The notes below the pieces were generated by a model that worked only from the letters and a program-made list of their open reading frames with translations, was not told the origin of the DNA and searched no databases. A DNA stretch of 64,000 nucleotides from an uncultured Victivallaceae bacterium (GTDB lineage Bacteria > Verrucomicrobiota > Lentisphaeria > Victivallales > Victivallaceae): assembly GCA_964392985.1 (NCBI GenBank), contig CAYMSF010000019.1, positions 1,160 to 65,159 on the forward strand, in the 5' to 3' direction. The position numbers were made by a program, and so were the translations under genes. Shown here piece after piece: positions 9,234-18,833 of this stretch (within the stretch, counting starts at the first letter, position 1; each line of letters begins with the position of its first letter).

Positions 9234-10817
9234 ATGAAAACAATATTTAAGACAGTATTGTTGTTGCTGATGGCGTTATGCTTCAGCGTACAGGCGGAAA
9301 AAGTAAAGAAACTTCGATTAAATCAGGATGATGCGCAGTCGTTCCTGGTCTCAAAGACCTACGAATTGAAGCACACCCGGGCATGTGATATTGCCCCGTT
9401 CGTCGAAGGCGCGGTAAAACGCTATAACGTTGACTCCAATGTTCAGCGGCTTGACTTTAAAGCCGGCGGCAAGGAGATTCTGGTAGTCAGTACCGGCGTG
9501 GATATGATGCCTTATATTGACGACATGATTGCCAAGGTTGACATTCCCGGGGTAAAAGATGTTTCCGGTTCCGTTGTTGAAGGAACCGGGATCAGCCGTT
9601 TTGCCTATTATCCTAAAAATCGTGCAACAAAAGATATGTTGAAGGTTTTGCGGAATAATGTACTGCCTGGCAATAGTGCAGTATTTCTTGATGAAAGCGT
9701 TTCGATGTTGTATTGGAAATGTTCAAAATCCGATGGCGACATGGTGATGCGTTGGATTAACGAGCTTGACCGTCCGGTACCGCAGGTACAGGTGAAGATG
9801 CGGGTGTATGAAGTTCGCGACAGCGATCTGACTGATATCGGTATCAATTATATTGCCTGGAAAAACGGACCGGGTATGGACTTGTTCGGCGCCGGGCTTG
9901 AAGCCATCAGCCTTTCCGGCTGGGACGAAGTTGTTAAAGCTGCCGCCTTCCAGGGAGCAAACGTCATGAGCCAGGCCAGTTGGGCATGGGGCGGTTTCTT
10001 CTGCGCGCCGCAGTTTGATTTCAGCTTTGTCCGGATGCTTGCCCAGGACGGTAAAGCCAGAATTGCTGATTCCGGCAGTTTGACGGTTGTAAACGATTTT
10101 GACAACTCATATTCCATTAAATTTACTCCGGATTTTCAGAATATCATCAAAACGCCGGATACTGACCAGATGAGCGTTGAACCCAGTTCACCGTCAATCT
10201 TTGAAATGACGATCAACCAGCCGGTAATCTGTTTCAAAGGCGCTGGTAACACTGTAACAGAATCTGCAGACGACCGGCGTTATGACGAAGAGAAAGCGTC
10301 AACGACTGAAGGAACAATTATGTTCAACTATTTTGTTTCTAAAGCTGATCCGGTTGAACGCAATAACTTTGGACAGGAACTTTATCAGACGATGAACGCT
10401 TCGTCAAATCTGACATTGGCCGTTGGTAATGAACGTTTACTGGCAACCTGGAAAAAGGAATATGACACAGAGCAGACCATTGGTATGCCATTCCTTTCCG
10501 ACATTCCGATATTAAAATATCTCTTTGGCACAACGACGAAAATTAAGTCCACCAATTATTACTTCGTCACCGTCAAAGCGGAATGGGTCATGCCGGATGC
10601 AGAACTCGCCGGATGGGCAGGTAAATTACTGTCTCAGGAAATGCTGATTAAAAAACCCGCAGATAAAACTGCAACTGTAGCTGCAGCACCTGTCGCTCCG
10701 GTAGCGGCACCAGCTCCTGCGGCTCCGTCTGCTCCAGTAGTACCACCAGCGACACCGGCAGTTCCGGCAACTCCTGCCGCTCCGGTAGCAGTCGCTCCGG
10801 CTGCCGCAGCTAAATAA
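9234..10817 (+). CDS. secretin-family outer-membrane channel protein (GspD/PilQ-like) with C-terminal Pro/Ala-rich tail
   Basis: Signal peptide. NolW-like N-domain (FLVSKTYELKHTRACDIAPFVEGAV). Secretin domain onset VQVKMRVYEVRDSDLTDIGINY. C-terminal secretin motif GMPFLSDIPILKYLFG. About 45-aa tail AAAPVAPVAAPAPAAPSAPVVPPATPAVPATPAAPVAVAPAAAAK. Confidence 0.75.
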   Translation: MKTIFKTVLLLLMALCFSVQAEKVKKLRLNQDDAQSFLVSKTYELKHTRACDIAPFVEGAVKRYNVDSNVQRLDFKAGGKEILVVSTGVDMMPYIDDMIAKVDIPGVKDVSGSVVEGTGISRFAYYPKNRATKDMLKVLRNNVLPGNSAVFLDESVSMLYWKCSKSDGDMVMRWINELDRPVPQVQVKMRVYEVRDSDLTDIGINYIAWKNGPGMDLFGAGLEAISLSGWDEVVKAAAFQGANVMSQASWAWGGFFCAPQFDFSFVRMLAQDGKARIADSGSLTVVNDFDNSYSIKFTPDFQNIIKTPDTDQMSVEPSSPSIFEMTINQPVICFKGAGNTVTESADDRRYDEEKASTTEGTIMFNYFVSKADPVERNNFGQELYQTMNASSNLTLAVGNERLLATWKKEYDTEQTIGMPFLSDIPILKYLFGTTTKIKSTNYYFVTVKAEWVMPDAELAGWAGKLLSQEMLIKKPADKTATVAAAPVAPVAAPAPAAPSAPVVPPATPAVPATPAAPVAVAPAAAAK

Positions 10818-10862
10818 CTGAAAGCGAGAGAAACTAAAATGACAATAAAGGAGAACATAAAA

Positions 10863-12806
10863 ATGAATCGAAGTATGCTAGTTTTAATGGCGGCTTCCGC
10901 ATGCGGGCTGTTATTCTGCTCGAGCCTTTCGGCGCAGCAGATGGCGGGCAGAAACTATTCTGCCATAGATCCTGCGTCGCAGGTAAGAAGTAAAAACGTA
11001 AATCCCAGCTCACCGTATGAAAAGACCCAGGTTCAGGCGAATATTCTGATGAATCTGGACCGTGATACGGATCAGTTCCACTTCATCCGGGATAACAATG
11101 ACCCCTACGTTGTGACCAAAACGTATGTGTTGAAGAATGCTGATCCTTACGAAATCAGACCATTTGTCCGCAGTGCGGTAATGGCTAACCGGGTTAAAGA
11201 AAACAACACCACTGTTGAATGTATTAAATACAATGACGGTAAAGGAGTGTTGATTGTCTCGGCGGAAGAATATCGTTTCAAAAGTCACGACAACGGCATG
11301 AGCATTGACGAAATTGTAGCGGCCCTGGATAAGCCCTCCGTCACTTCTTCGTCAGGACAGACCACCTTCGTCTATTTCCCGAAATACTGGACTTCGCGGG
11401 ATTTGGCGCAGTTGGTAAAGAATGTCGGTGCGAACATTGAAGGTGATGATGTCGAATTACAGCGCGGTATGGACCATATTGATTATGATTCCGGTCTTAA
11501 CTGCATGTTCATGTATATTCCGCGTTATGGCCAGAAGAATATTGAAAAAATGCTCAAACTGTATGACACCCCGACTTATGAAGTTGAAGTAAAATACAGC
11601 GTGTATGAAATTTACGCTGAAAATGATGCCAAAATCGGTGCGGATTTCCAGGCGTGGAAAAACAATGGCGGCTCAGATCTGTTTGCCGCCGGCGGCCGTT
11701 ACCGTGATAACTGGAGTGCCACCTGGGATGGCGGCGCCAGCAAGAACGGCAGCAACAATACCGGATATGTAAATTTCAATCCGAAATGGAATACCCGTTA
11801 CCTTGATTTCCTGGTATCAACCGGGAAGAGCAGTGTCGTTACTTCCGGAGAATTGCTGGTCATGAATCAGGCTACGGGAAAAGTTGAATGCCGTACCAAT
11901 ATGTATAACTTTGAAAACGGCGACAAGATTCCTGATAAAGCAGTTATTTCCGGATGTATGTTCCCGTCAGGAAACTTCTACGTAAGCACTACGGCGGCTG
12001 CAGCAGGAATTGAAGGTGGATACCGGATCGTCGCCTGCGACAGTTCAGGTACCCCGGTAGACTTCGCCGCGGATTTTGCCGGTCAGATTACGGTATCTAG
12101 AATTCAGAATGCTACAATAACCTCATATTTTGTGCGAGTATCTTCCGGCAGCGGAAATCTCGTCAAAAATGGTTCGAGTGTAGGTTCAAACGCGCAGTGC
12201 TTCTCGTTTTCTCTTGAAAAAGTTGTAAAAGTTGCAGACCCGATTACATCTTCGTACAATTACGAATGGGTTGCACAGACTGACTGGAGCAATGCAATTG
12301 ATATGGTCACTTACAAGGATACAAAAGTTGTGACCAATCCTGCAACTGTCGGTTACGGGTTCACTATGACGTTAGTGCCTGTTATCTGCGAGGAGTCCAG
12401 TACTGTTTCAATCAGTATGCTCAATGACAGCTTGACCGGATGGAATTCCAACGGAACTCCGCGCATTACCAGAGACAGCTCTGTGAATACTAAGGTGATG
12501 TTGAGTAACAAAGGCAGTCAGTTTGTCATCGGCGGATTGGAAAAGAAGAATGTCGTCAAGGGCGTGAGTGGAGTACCGTTCCTGAAAAGCATCCCGTTCC
12601 TCGGCTACCTCTTCTCGACCGAATCTGAATCCACGAAGAAAGCTCAGTTGGTTCTGGTTATTGACCTGAAACTCAAAGATCCGGATTCCCCGGTAAAGAG
12701 TCCTGTCAGCGAAGATTTGCTGGCGGTAAACAAAAAGACTGTTGATGCCGGAGTCAAAATTGAGTATGGATTTGATCAGTACTATCTTGACAAGGACAAA
12801 AAGTAA
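10863..12806 (+). CDS. secretin-family outer-membrane channel protein, paralog of the upstream gene
   Basis: Start at ATG 10863 (AAGGAG 8 nt upstream; the track ORF starts at 10839). YVVTKTYVLKNADPYEIRPFVRSAV, YEVEVKYSVYEIYAENDAKIGADF and GVSGVPFLKSIPFLGYLFS are collinear with the upstream protein. It carries a Ser/Thr/Gly-rich insertion of roughly 180 aa. Confidence 0.75.
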   Translation: MNRSMLVLMAASACGLLFCSSLSAQQMAGRNYSAIDPASQVRSKNVNPSSPYEKTQVQANILMNLDRDTDQFHFIRDNNDPYVVTKTYVLKNADPYEIRPFVRSAVMANRVKENNTTVECIKYNDGKGVLIVSAEEYRFKSHDNGMSIDEIVAALDKPSVTSSSGQTTFVYFPKYWTSRDLAQLVKNVGANIEGDDVELQRGMDHIDYDSGLNCMFMYIPRYGQKNIEKMLKLYDTPTYEVEVKYSVYEIYAENDAKIGADFQAWKNNGGSDLFAAGGRYRDNWSATWDGGASKNGSNNTGYVNFNPKWNTRYLDFLVSTGKSSVVTSGELLVMNQATGKVECRTNMYNFENGDKIPDKAVISGCMFPSGNFYVSTTAAAAGIEGGYRIVACDSSGTPVDFAADFAGQITVSRIQNATITSYFVRVSSGSGNLVKNGSSVGSNAQCFSFSLEKVVKVADPITSSYNYEWVAQTDWSNAIDMVTYKDTKVVTNPATVGYGFTMTLVPVICEESSTVSISMLNDSLTGWNSNGTPRITRDSSVNTKVMLSNKGSQFVIGGLEKKNVVKGVSGVPFLKSIPFLGYLFSTESESTKKAQLVLVIDLKLKDPDSPVKSPVSEDLLAVNKKTVDAGVKIEYGFDQYYLDKDKK

Positions 12807-12816
12807 TTAAACCGAA

Positions 12817-12855
12817 CTCGGGCGCAGAATCCGTCAGGTTATGCGCCTGAGTTTT
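12817..12855 (+). terminator. rho-independent terminator candidate
   Basis: CTCGGGCGC / GCGCCTGAG 9-bp stem (one G-U pair), 17-nt loop, followed by TTTT. Confidence 0.5.
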
Positions 12856-12885
12856 AAACAAATAACAAAAACGATAAGTTTTTTA

Positions 12886-12913
12886 GGCCGGTCCCCCTCC
12901 GGCCGTTTTTTTT
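12886..12913 (+). terminator. rho-independent terminator
   Basis: GGCCGG-tccccct-CCGGCC followed by GTTTTTTTT. Confidence 0.8.
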
Positions 12914-13048
12914 GCCCGTAATTCCACATTAAAGTCCATCAAAATCTTGTTTTTAAATGCTTTACTATTGACAAATTTCCGAAACGCAGTATTCGTAATT
13001 GATCACTATTCCTTAAGTTAATTAAAATAATAACCATGGGGTGCTGGA

Positions 13049-13867
13049 ATGAAAAGTTTAATCAGTATGTTCAAAGTCGGATCAGTTGCTATTGCGATAA
13101 TGTCTGGTAACGTGCTGTTTGCTGAAGACGCCACGGTACTGAATCCGAAGACTTGTGCCGAATGGACCTGGGGCTGGAATACTAAAGCGGTGAATGCGGT
13201 TGAAAGTGAAAATGCGTTGTCCTGTCAAGGCGCGACCGATATGATTTCCAAAGAAGGAATAAAAATTGAACCGGATAAGAGTTATAAAATTTCCGGCTCA
13301 TTTAAGCTGGCGCCGGATTCTAAGCCATCAAAATTTTATCTGTCCATAATGCCGCTTGATAGCAAAGGACAACCGATATCTTCTGAAAGCGTCGGCGTAA
13401 TAGCAGGAACTGAAACTGAATTGGCCGCAGATTGCAACCCGGATGATTTGGTCATTAAAATAAAAAATGGCGAAAAATGGAAGCCGGAAAATTACGGCAG
13501 GATCGCCTTTAATGTTGATGACTCCGGAAAAAAGGCCGACTTGCCGAATAATGAGCTTTCCGGCACCGGTATCACGAAGGTTGAGAAAAAAGACGACGTT
13601 TTTGAATTAACCCTTAAAAATAAATGCGGGAAGAAATATCCGGCCGGAACAAAAATTCGTGAACATAAATCAGGCGCAACCTATATTTACATTGGCGCGA
13701 TGAATAAAGATGTTCCTGCAGACTGGACGGAAGTTTCCGGAGTATTCAAAAAAGAAAATCTCTGGCTTGCCTCCTGCGGGGCTAAAATTGTTGTCCGCGC
13801 CAACTTCAGCGGCAAACCCGACCAGACAATGTTGCTGAAAGACGTCAAAATTGAAGAAGTAAAATAG
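13049..13867 (+). CDS. hypothetical secreted protein
   Basis: 272-aa ORF with an N-terminal signal-like segment (VGSVAIAIMSGNVLFAED). I recognise no motif. It is followed by a strong terminator. Confidence 0.7.
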   Translation: MKSLISMFKVGSVAIAIMSGNVLFAEDATVLNPKTCAEWTWGWNTKAVNAVESENALSCQGATDMISKEGIKIEPDKSYKISGSFKLAPDSKPSKFYLSIMPLDSKGQPISSESVGVIAGTETELAADCNPDDLVIKIKNGEKWKPENYGRIAFNVDDSGKKADLPNNELSGTGITKVEKKDDVFELTLKNKCGKKYPAGTKIREHKSGATYIYIGAMNKDVPADWTEVSGVFKKENLWLASCGAKIVVRANFSGKPDQTMLLKDVKIEEVK

Positions 13868-13887
13868 TTTTAACGTTTATTATCTCA

Positions 13888-13923
13888 ATGGCTGACGAAA
13901 AAATTCCGTCAGCCATTTTTTTT
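13888..13923 (+). terminator. rho-independent terminator
   Basis: ATGGCTGACG-aaaaaattc-CGTCAGCCAT followed by TTTTTTT. Confidence 0.85.
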
Positions 13924-13929
13924 GAAATA

Positions 13930-13985
13930 ACAAAAATGCCAGACAGATTTAACTGCGGAATACTCTGACTGCACGGGAAAATTAA
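13930..13985 (+). repeat. 56-bp intergenic repeat, copy A
   Basis: ACAAAAATGCCAGACAGATTTAACTGCGGAATACTCTGACTGCACGGGAAAATTAA. It is 53/56 identical to 21874-21929 in the same orientation. Confidence 0.85.
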
Positions 13986-14281
13986 AACATTATTATCTTG
14001 CATTTCTTGAGTATACGGGGAATATTTTAAGCCAAGCAGACGATGCAGGTGAAGCCGACACTAAAAAATATCTTAAAATCATTTTTGGGCAGGAAAAAAT
14101 TGATTTATTACAGAAAAATAACTTAAAAATGGTTGTTTGACAATAATAATGGCTGTTGCAGTAACATTGTTTTCATGAATATCTATAATATGAAAGGAAA
14201 ATACGGTTGCTTTCATGTCGTCGCAAATTGTCACGCAGTAATGGATAGCTTCACGGACTTGTGACTATTAAGTTATGTATT

Positions 14282-15322
14282 TTATATTTTGAAATTTCTG
14301 ACTTCATTGGCAGCTTCCAGCATTGCCAAATAATTTTCAGGAGGAATATAGCTTGTGATGGAATTGCCAGTGCCCAAAGCATATCCATAAGAGTAATTTC
14401 GCGATTCTTTGGCCATTTTTCTGACTAGCTCTTTGATTTCAGACGGCGAAGACATGCAAATTATGTTCATATCAATTCCGCCGAGTAGCGCAATTCTTTC
14501 TCCGTATAACTCCTGCCATTTCTCGAATGGAGCAATCGCATCTTCATTGGAATGTTTGGCGTCAATTCCGGCTGCAATCAGATCATCCATTACTTCAAAA
14601 ATGCATCCGCATGAGTGAAGAATGAACGGTTTATCATAAGACTTGCAAAGCGAGATGATGCGTTTATACTGTGGAATAATATGTTCCCTGACTGTTGATG
14701 GCATGGTCAGCAAAGAAGTGCGGAATCCTAAATCATCTCCCATCCTGGATGCACAGTAGGCATTGCCGTATGTTGCCAGAAATCTGGTCCATAAAGAAAC
14801 CATCAGATCGCCGATTTTGCGATACAAGTCAGCATAAAGTTCCGGATCGTCAACTTCAATAAACGGCAAATATTCCAATCCGACAAGCGCTTCCGAAATC
14901 TCAAAGATTCCGTTGCCTACTCCACCGACGGCTTTCATGCCAGGCACCATGGAGTCTTGCAACTCCTCGAAAATTGGACGGCTGTTATTCCAGTATTGTT
15001 CCTCCAGGTCACTCCACGAAAACAATTCAAAGTCTCTGCGGGATTGAATCGGCCCCTGTTTGCCGCCATACAGCGCGTTGTCAGGAATCATGCCGCAAAC
15101 GCCGCATTCCCAGGAAAGCGTGTCATAACCGTGAGCAGCAAGAAACTCGCTGTAGGCATGAAAGAAGTCGCGCCATGCCTTCTGTTCCACCATTTTGTCC
15201 AGTTGCTGCCCTGAAACCTGCGACAGCACATTGACCGCCATTCCATGCTCGTACAACACAAGACATTCCGGGCGCCGGTTGTTCATGACTTGCAGAAAGC
15301 GATTATAATCCGGTTTTCTCAT
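14282..15322 (-). CDS. uroporphyrinogen decarboxylase (URO-D) family protein
   Basis: 346 aa. URO-D/MtaA-like C-terminal half (ILHSCGCIFEVMDDLIAAGIDAKHSNEDAI...LLGGIDMN...GYALGTGNSITSYIPPENYLAM). Confidence 0.75.
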   Translation of the reverse strand: MRKPDYNRFLQVMNNRRPECLVLYEHGMAVNVLSQVSGQQLDKMVEQKAWRDFFHAYSEFLAAHGYDTLSWECGVCGMIPDNALYGGKQGPIQSRRDFELFSWSDLEEQYWNNSRPIFEELQDSMVPGMKAVGGVGNGIFEISEALVGLEYLPFIEVDDPELYADLYRKIGDLMVSLWTRFLATYGNAYCASRMGDDLGFRTSLLTMPSTVREHIIPQYKRIISLCKSYDKPFILHSCGCIFEVMDDLIAAGIDAKHSNEDAIAPFEKWQELYGERIALLGGIDMNIICMSSPSEIKELVRKMAKESRNYSYGYALGTGNSITSYIPPENYLAMLEAANEVRNFKI

Positions 15323-15341
15323 TATATTTCCAAATGCGATA

Positions 15342-17783
15342 CTATTTCTTTTCCAGAATATCCAGAATATCCATCCTGGCCTTGTCCGCCAGCGCGCATG
15401 GAGTCTTGTCAGTTTTCCATTGACTCCAGTATCTCTTTCCGGACATGCGCGAGGAGCCTTCCGTTACCCCTGCCGCGATGGACCTGGCGGCGTCCTCCCT
15501 GCCGGAGGCTTTCAGCATGACCAGATAATTATAATCCTGGATGCCTTCACGGATGGCTTCCATCTGCTTGGCCGGGGTGACAGAATCCGGAGAAATATAG
15601 GCGGGACTGTAGTCGTAACGAAACAAGTTGGTATATGGGTTCCAGTTGGAATCCAGACGGCTAGTGTCGCTGAAGCTCCAGAAGCCGGAACCAGTGGCAT
15701 TCAAAATGAAAGCCTGCCATGGCTGAAGCCGGAAGTATGACGGATCAAAATCGCGGTTAGGTTGAATGCAGAAATATAACCATAACTCACCGTTTTTTTT
15801 GAGATGATCTTCAAAGACTTTACGAATATCTTTATTGCTGTTGTATTCCTCAATATGCTGCACTAGATGCGAGCATATGACATCCGCGTCTTTTAAAGAT
15901 GTAGAGATGCGCCCGAAGGTTTTATTTCTGGCGATTTCTGAAGGATCTGAGAAAATCGTGATTCCGGTGTTGGCTGCTTTGACGGCGGCAATCCATTTTT
16001 CCAGAATATCATAATGTGCATTGGTCTGAGGTTCGTCAAGAATGTTCAATTGTATTTGCGAAGGCTTCAATCCTTTGGATTTTGCATGTTCACTGAGCTT
16101 CTTCACCCATTGTCCGACGCCGTTGTTGAATTCCGGCGACCCCGGTTTAGCGCCGGCAAAATTCTGATTTGCCGATGTCACATGCAGGAAGATATGATAA
16201 ATCTTAGCTCCGCTCCATGCCTGAATCCATTTGTCAAAGTTGGAGAAATCCGGTTCTCCAAGCAGATTGCCTGACGCGTCAACATCCTTCGCCTCGGGCA
16301 ATCCTGAGACATTGCGGTTCCCCACCGCCACATTGGTCAAATACTCTTTCATCATGGCTACTGCCTGGGCACGATTGCCATCTTTAATGGCATACCAGTT
16401 ATCGGTTGCATAATCCCAAAGCAGACTCTTGAAATCAGCCGCAGCATACTTCACCGGAGAAACAGTCAATGTCACCGGCACAGATTTCACTTCATTCACG
16501 CCGGAGAAAAATTTGATTTCGCCTTTATAGATTCCAGGAGCGACATTTTCAGGGCGGAACGAAAACCATAACTGCCTGGTCATGCCCGCAGGGACACTAA
16601 TCGCATAGCTGCCGTCCGCTGCCGGCCTGGCTTCAAGCATAGCGGAGAAACTCACCACCAATTGTTTGGTGTCTACGCCTTCAATCTGATATACTCTGAA
16701 ACATTGCGGAACTCCACTGGTCTTCATCGTCAGTTTCGTGTCAGCCTGGTTGGCATTGGTAATATTCAGCACATCGCCCCGGCTCTCGCCGTTCATCATC
16801 CTCACCGCCATCTCCGCAGGAGCTTGGCCCGGCAGTTCAAACATCGCCAGTCGCTCATAACGGTTTTTATGCCAGAAAGTGAGTCCAGGGAAACCGTTTG
16901 CCGAAATTACTTGCGAATAAAGCGCGATAATTGCGGCATGAAGTTCGTTTTCCGGAATAACCGCCTTGAAATCAGCCGGATCGCCTTTGAACTCATAATT
17001 CAATGCTTCCTGACGCAATGCCGCCAACTTTTGCAGCAGTTGCTTTCTGTCGCTCTCTGTCAATTTTGATTTTTCAGCCAGTTTCCTGATTGCGATAATA
17101 TCATTCAGCATCCGACGCTTAATCATTTTAACAGTAAATATTTTCCCCATTTCCTTGTCTGAAAGTTTCTTAGCAGCCGGACGCTCCGCATTCATATTTT
17201 CATTCGGCCCGGCAAAAACTTGAATTTCATCACAAAAGATATAGGCAGGCGAGGCATAACAATGAAACTTGACATAGCGCCCTTTAGTCTTCAAATTTTC
17301 AGCACGGTACGTATAAATCCGGCAGCCATCTTCCTGTAAGGGCTGTTCCGCCAGATTGCAATCTGTCAAGTCAACAACATCAAAGAAATCTTTGTTGTCA
17401 TCGCTGACAAGCACTTTAATCATTGGCGGCCAGTTGACGCCGCCGCCGATATTTCCCCCGGTGGTATTAAAAGAAAAACCGGAAATCGGCTTTATCTCGC
17501 CCAGGTCAATCGTTATCTCCACATCTTTTTTTTCCTGCCAGCCGACGGTGTTACCCTTGTCCAGCAAAAAACCGACGTTATTGTTATTTGCGGTCTTGAG
17601 TGATTTGCCATCTGTCAGCTGTAACATATCGCCCTGGTCGGTACAACCTCCATAATTAGGTTTTACGCTAAAAGTATATGGTTTGTTCAATGCCAGATTT
17701 TCTGGAGAATCACCTGCTGAAAACACTGGCGAGAACATACTTGAAGATAACACTAACGATACAATAACAATGGGGAAACGCAT
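15342..17783 (-). CDS. secreted putative glycoside hydrolase (DUF4091/GH123-like) with N-terminal F5/8 type C (discoidin) domain
   Basis: Start at ATG 17783 (MRFPIVIVSLVL signal peptide, GAGG upstream; the track ORF extends to 17819). Discoidin-like N-terminus (LTDGK...VEITIDLGEIKPISGFSF). C-terminal part has LNILDEPQ and ELWLYFCIQP...GSGFWSF. The family call is tentative. Confidence 0.6.
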   Translation of the reverse strand: MRFPIVIVSLVLSSSMFSPVFSAGDSPENLALNKPYTFSVKPNYGGCTDQGDMLQLTDGKSLKTANNNNVGFLLDKGNTVGWQEKKDVEITIDLGEIKPISGFSFNTTGGNIGGGVNWPPMIKVLVSDDNKDFFDVVDLTDCNLAEQPLQEDGCRIYTYRAENLKTKGRYVKFHCYASPAYIFCDEIQVFAGPNENMNAERPAAKKLSDKEMGKIFTVKMIKRRMLNDIIAIRKLAEKSKLTESDRKQLLQKLAALRQEALNYEFKGDPADFKAVIPENELHAAIIALYSQVISANGFPGLTFWHKNRYERLAMFELPGQAPAEMAVRMMNGESRGDVLNITNANQADTKLTMKTSGVPQCFRVYQIEGVDTKQLVVSFSAMLEARPAADGSYAISVPAGMTRQLWFSFRPENVAPGIYKGEIKFFSGVNEVKSVPVTLTVSPVKYAAADFKSLLWDYATDNWYAIKDGNRAQAVAMMKEYLTNVAVGNRNVSGLPEAKDVDASGNLLGEPDFSNFDKWIQAWSGAKIYHIFLHVTSANQNFAGAKPGSPEFNNGVGQWVKKLSEHAKSKGLKPSQIQLNILDEPQTNAHYDILEKWIAAVKAANTGITIFSDPSEIARNKTFGRISTSLKDADVICSHLVQHIEEYNSNKDIRKVFEDHLKKNGELWLYFCIQPNRDFDPSYFRLQPWQAFILNATGSGFWSFSDTSRLDSNWNPYTNLFRYDYSPAYISPDSVTPAKQMEAIREGIQDYNYLVMLKASGREDAARSIAAGVTEGSSRMSGKRYWSQWKTDKTPCALADKARMDILDILEKK

Positions 17784-17905
17784 AAAATTAACCTCGTTGA
17801 TATTTTGAATACTTTGCAATAAACCGAACCTATGAACTGAAGCTGACTGTAAGAGTCGGCTTGTTCTTTAAGTCCTTTGTGTTCAGTTATACGCTGCTGC
17901 TGGCA

Positions 17906-18670
17906 TTACTTTGACAGCGGATTCCAGCGATTGTCTGTTGTCGTTGTATAATTGCCAAGAGTGGCGCCGACTCCATTGTAGAGTGGTTGTGACGTTCCGT
18001 TGGAAGATTTAACTGTAGCTACATGACCGTCAAGCCATAACACATTACAATAATATCTGGAATGAATCGGGTAAGCCAACCCGTTGTCGGCGCTAGCTGT
18101 ATATGATGCATAAATGTATTCCACAGGCATAAATGGCGACCAGAACGCAGCCGTGGGAACTGTATTGGTGACCTTGGTATCGGTAGCATAAACTTTGCGT
18201 GATGGACGTACTACTTCTGTAACCTTGTAACGGCGCTTGGGAAATCCCACTACATTATAATCGAACGCTGTGGCAATATTAATGCCATAAGAGAGATATT
18301 CGGTTGAAATTAACCGCTTAACATCACCAACGGCCTTCAGCGTTTCAGGGCAAAGCAGTGGCTTGACCGTGTCGAAGTATTTCAAATACGATAATACACC
18401 GCCCCAGCGGCACCGTCTCCAGTCGCCAGATATTGCCGCCGGTGCTCCGTATCCTGAAAGCGTATAACGAATAATATAGTCCTGATTGTCGCTGGAGTAA
18501 TTTGACAGCCCCAGCCCGGCTTGTTTCAGGTTTGAAGTGCACTGCGCTGTCGTAGCCGTCGCTCTTGCTTTGTTAAGAGCTGGCAGCAACATTGATGCGA
18601 GAATCGCTATGATAGCGATCACCACGAGGAGTTCGATGAGTGTGAAATTTTTACTTTTAAACAGTTTCAT
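17906..18670 (-). CDS. prepilin-type N-terminal cleavage/methylation domain protein (DUF1559-type pseudopilin)
   Basis: Start at ATG 18670 (GGAAGG upstream). [31 protein letters not shown]-terminal NVLWLDGHV motif. Confidence 0.9.
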   Translation of the reverse strand: MKLFKSKNFTLIELLVVIAIIAILASMLLPALNKARATATTAQCTSNLKQAGLGLSNYSSDNQDYIIRYTLSGYGAPAAISGDWRRCRWGGVLSYLKYFDTVKPLLCPETLKAVGDVKRLISTEYLSYGINIATAFDYNVVGFPKRRYKVTEVVRPSRKVYATDTKVTNTVPTAAFWSPFMPVEYIYASYTASADNGLAYPIHSRYYCNVLWLDGHVATVKSSNGTSQPLYNGVGATLGNYTTTTDNRWNPLSK

Positions 18671-18793
18671 TGGTACATACCTTCCGTTATTTTTAGTTTG
18701 TAAATATATTATACATGAAATCATTTCATATGTCAAGTATTATTTAAAAAAAACTTTAAAATTTTGTATTTTTCATAAATAGGAAGTACATTA

Positions 18794-18807
18794 ATGAAAA
18801 GTTTCAT
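18794..18807 (+). promoter_or_regulatory. candidate LacI-family operator
   Basis: Palindrome ATGAAA-AG-TTTCAT in the divergent pseudopilin/lacI intergenic region. A related palindrome lies at 21725-21739. Confidence 0.4.
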
Positions 18808-18833
18808 ATTGTTATGAATAATACTGTCATTTT

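Noticed and set aside
10634-10858. Minus-strand 74-aa Ala/Gly-rich ORF
   Set aside because: It is the reverse complement of the Pro/Ala tail coding region of the first secretin-like gene, so it is a low-complexity mirror artefact.
13937-13969. Mini-ORF MPDRFNCGIL* inside the 56-bp repeat, with a synonymous TGC/TGT difference in copy B
   Set aside because: Copy B replaces ATG with GTG. Neither copy has a Shine-Dalgarno. With only three differences, one synonymous change is not evidence of purifying selection.
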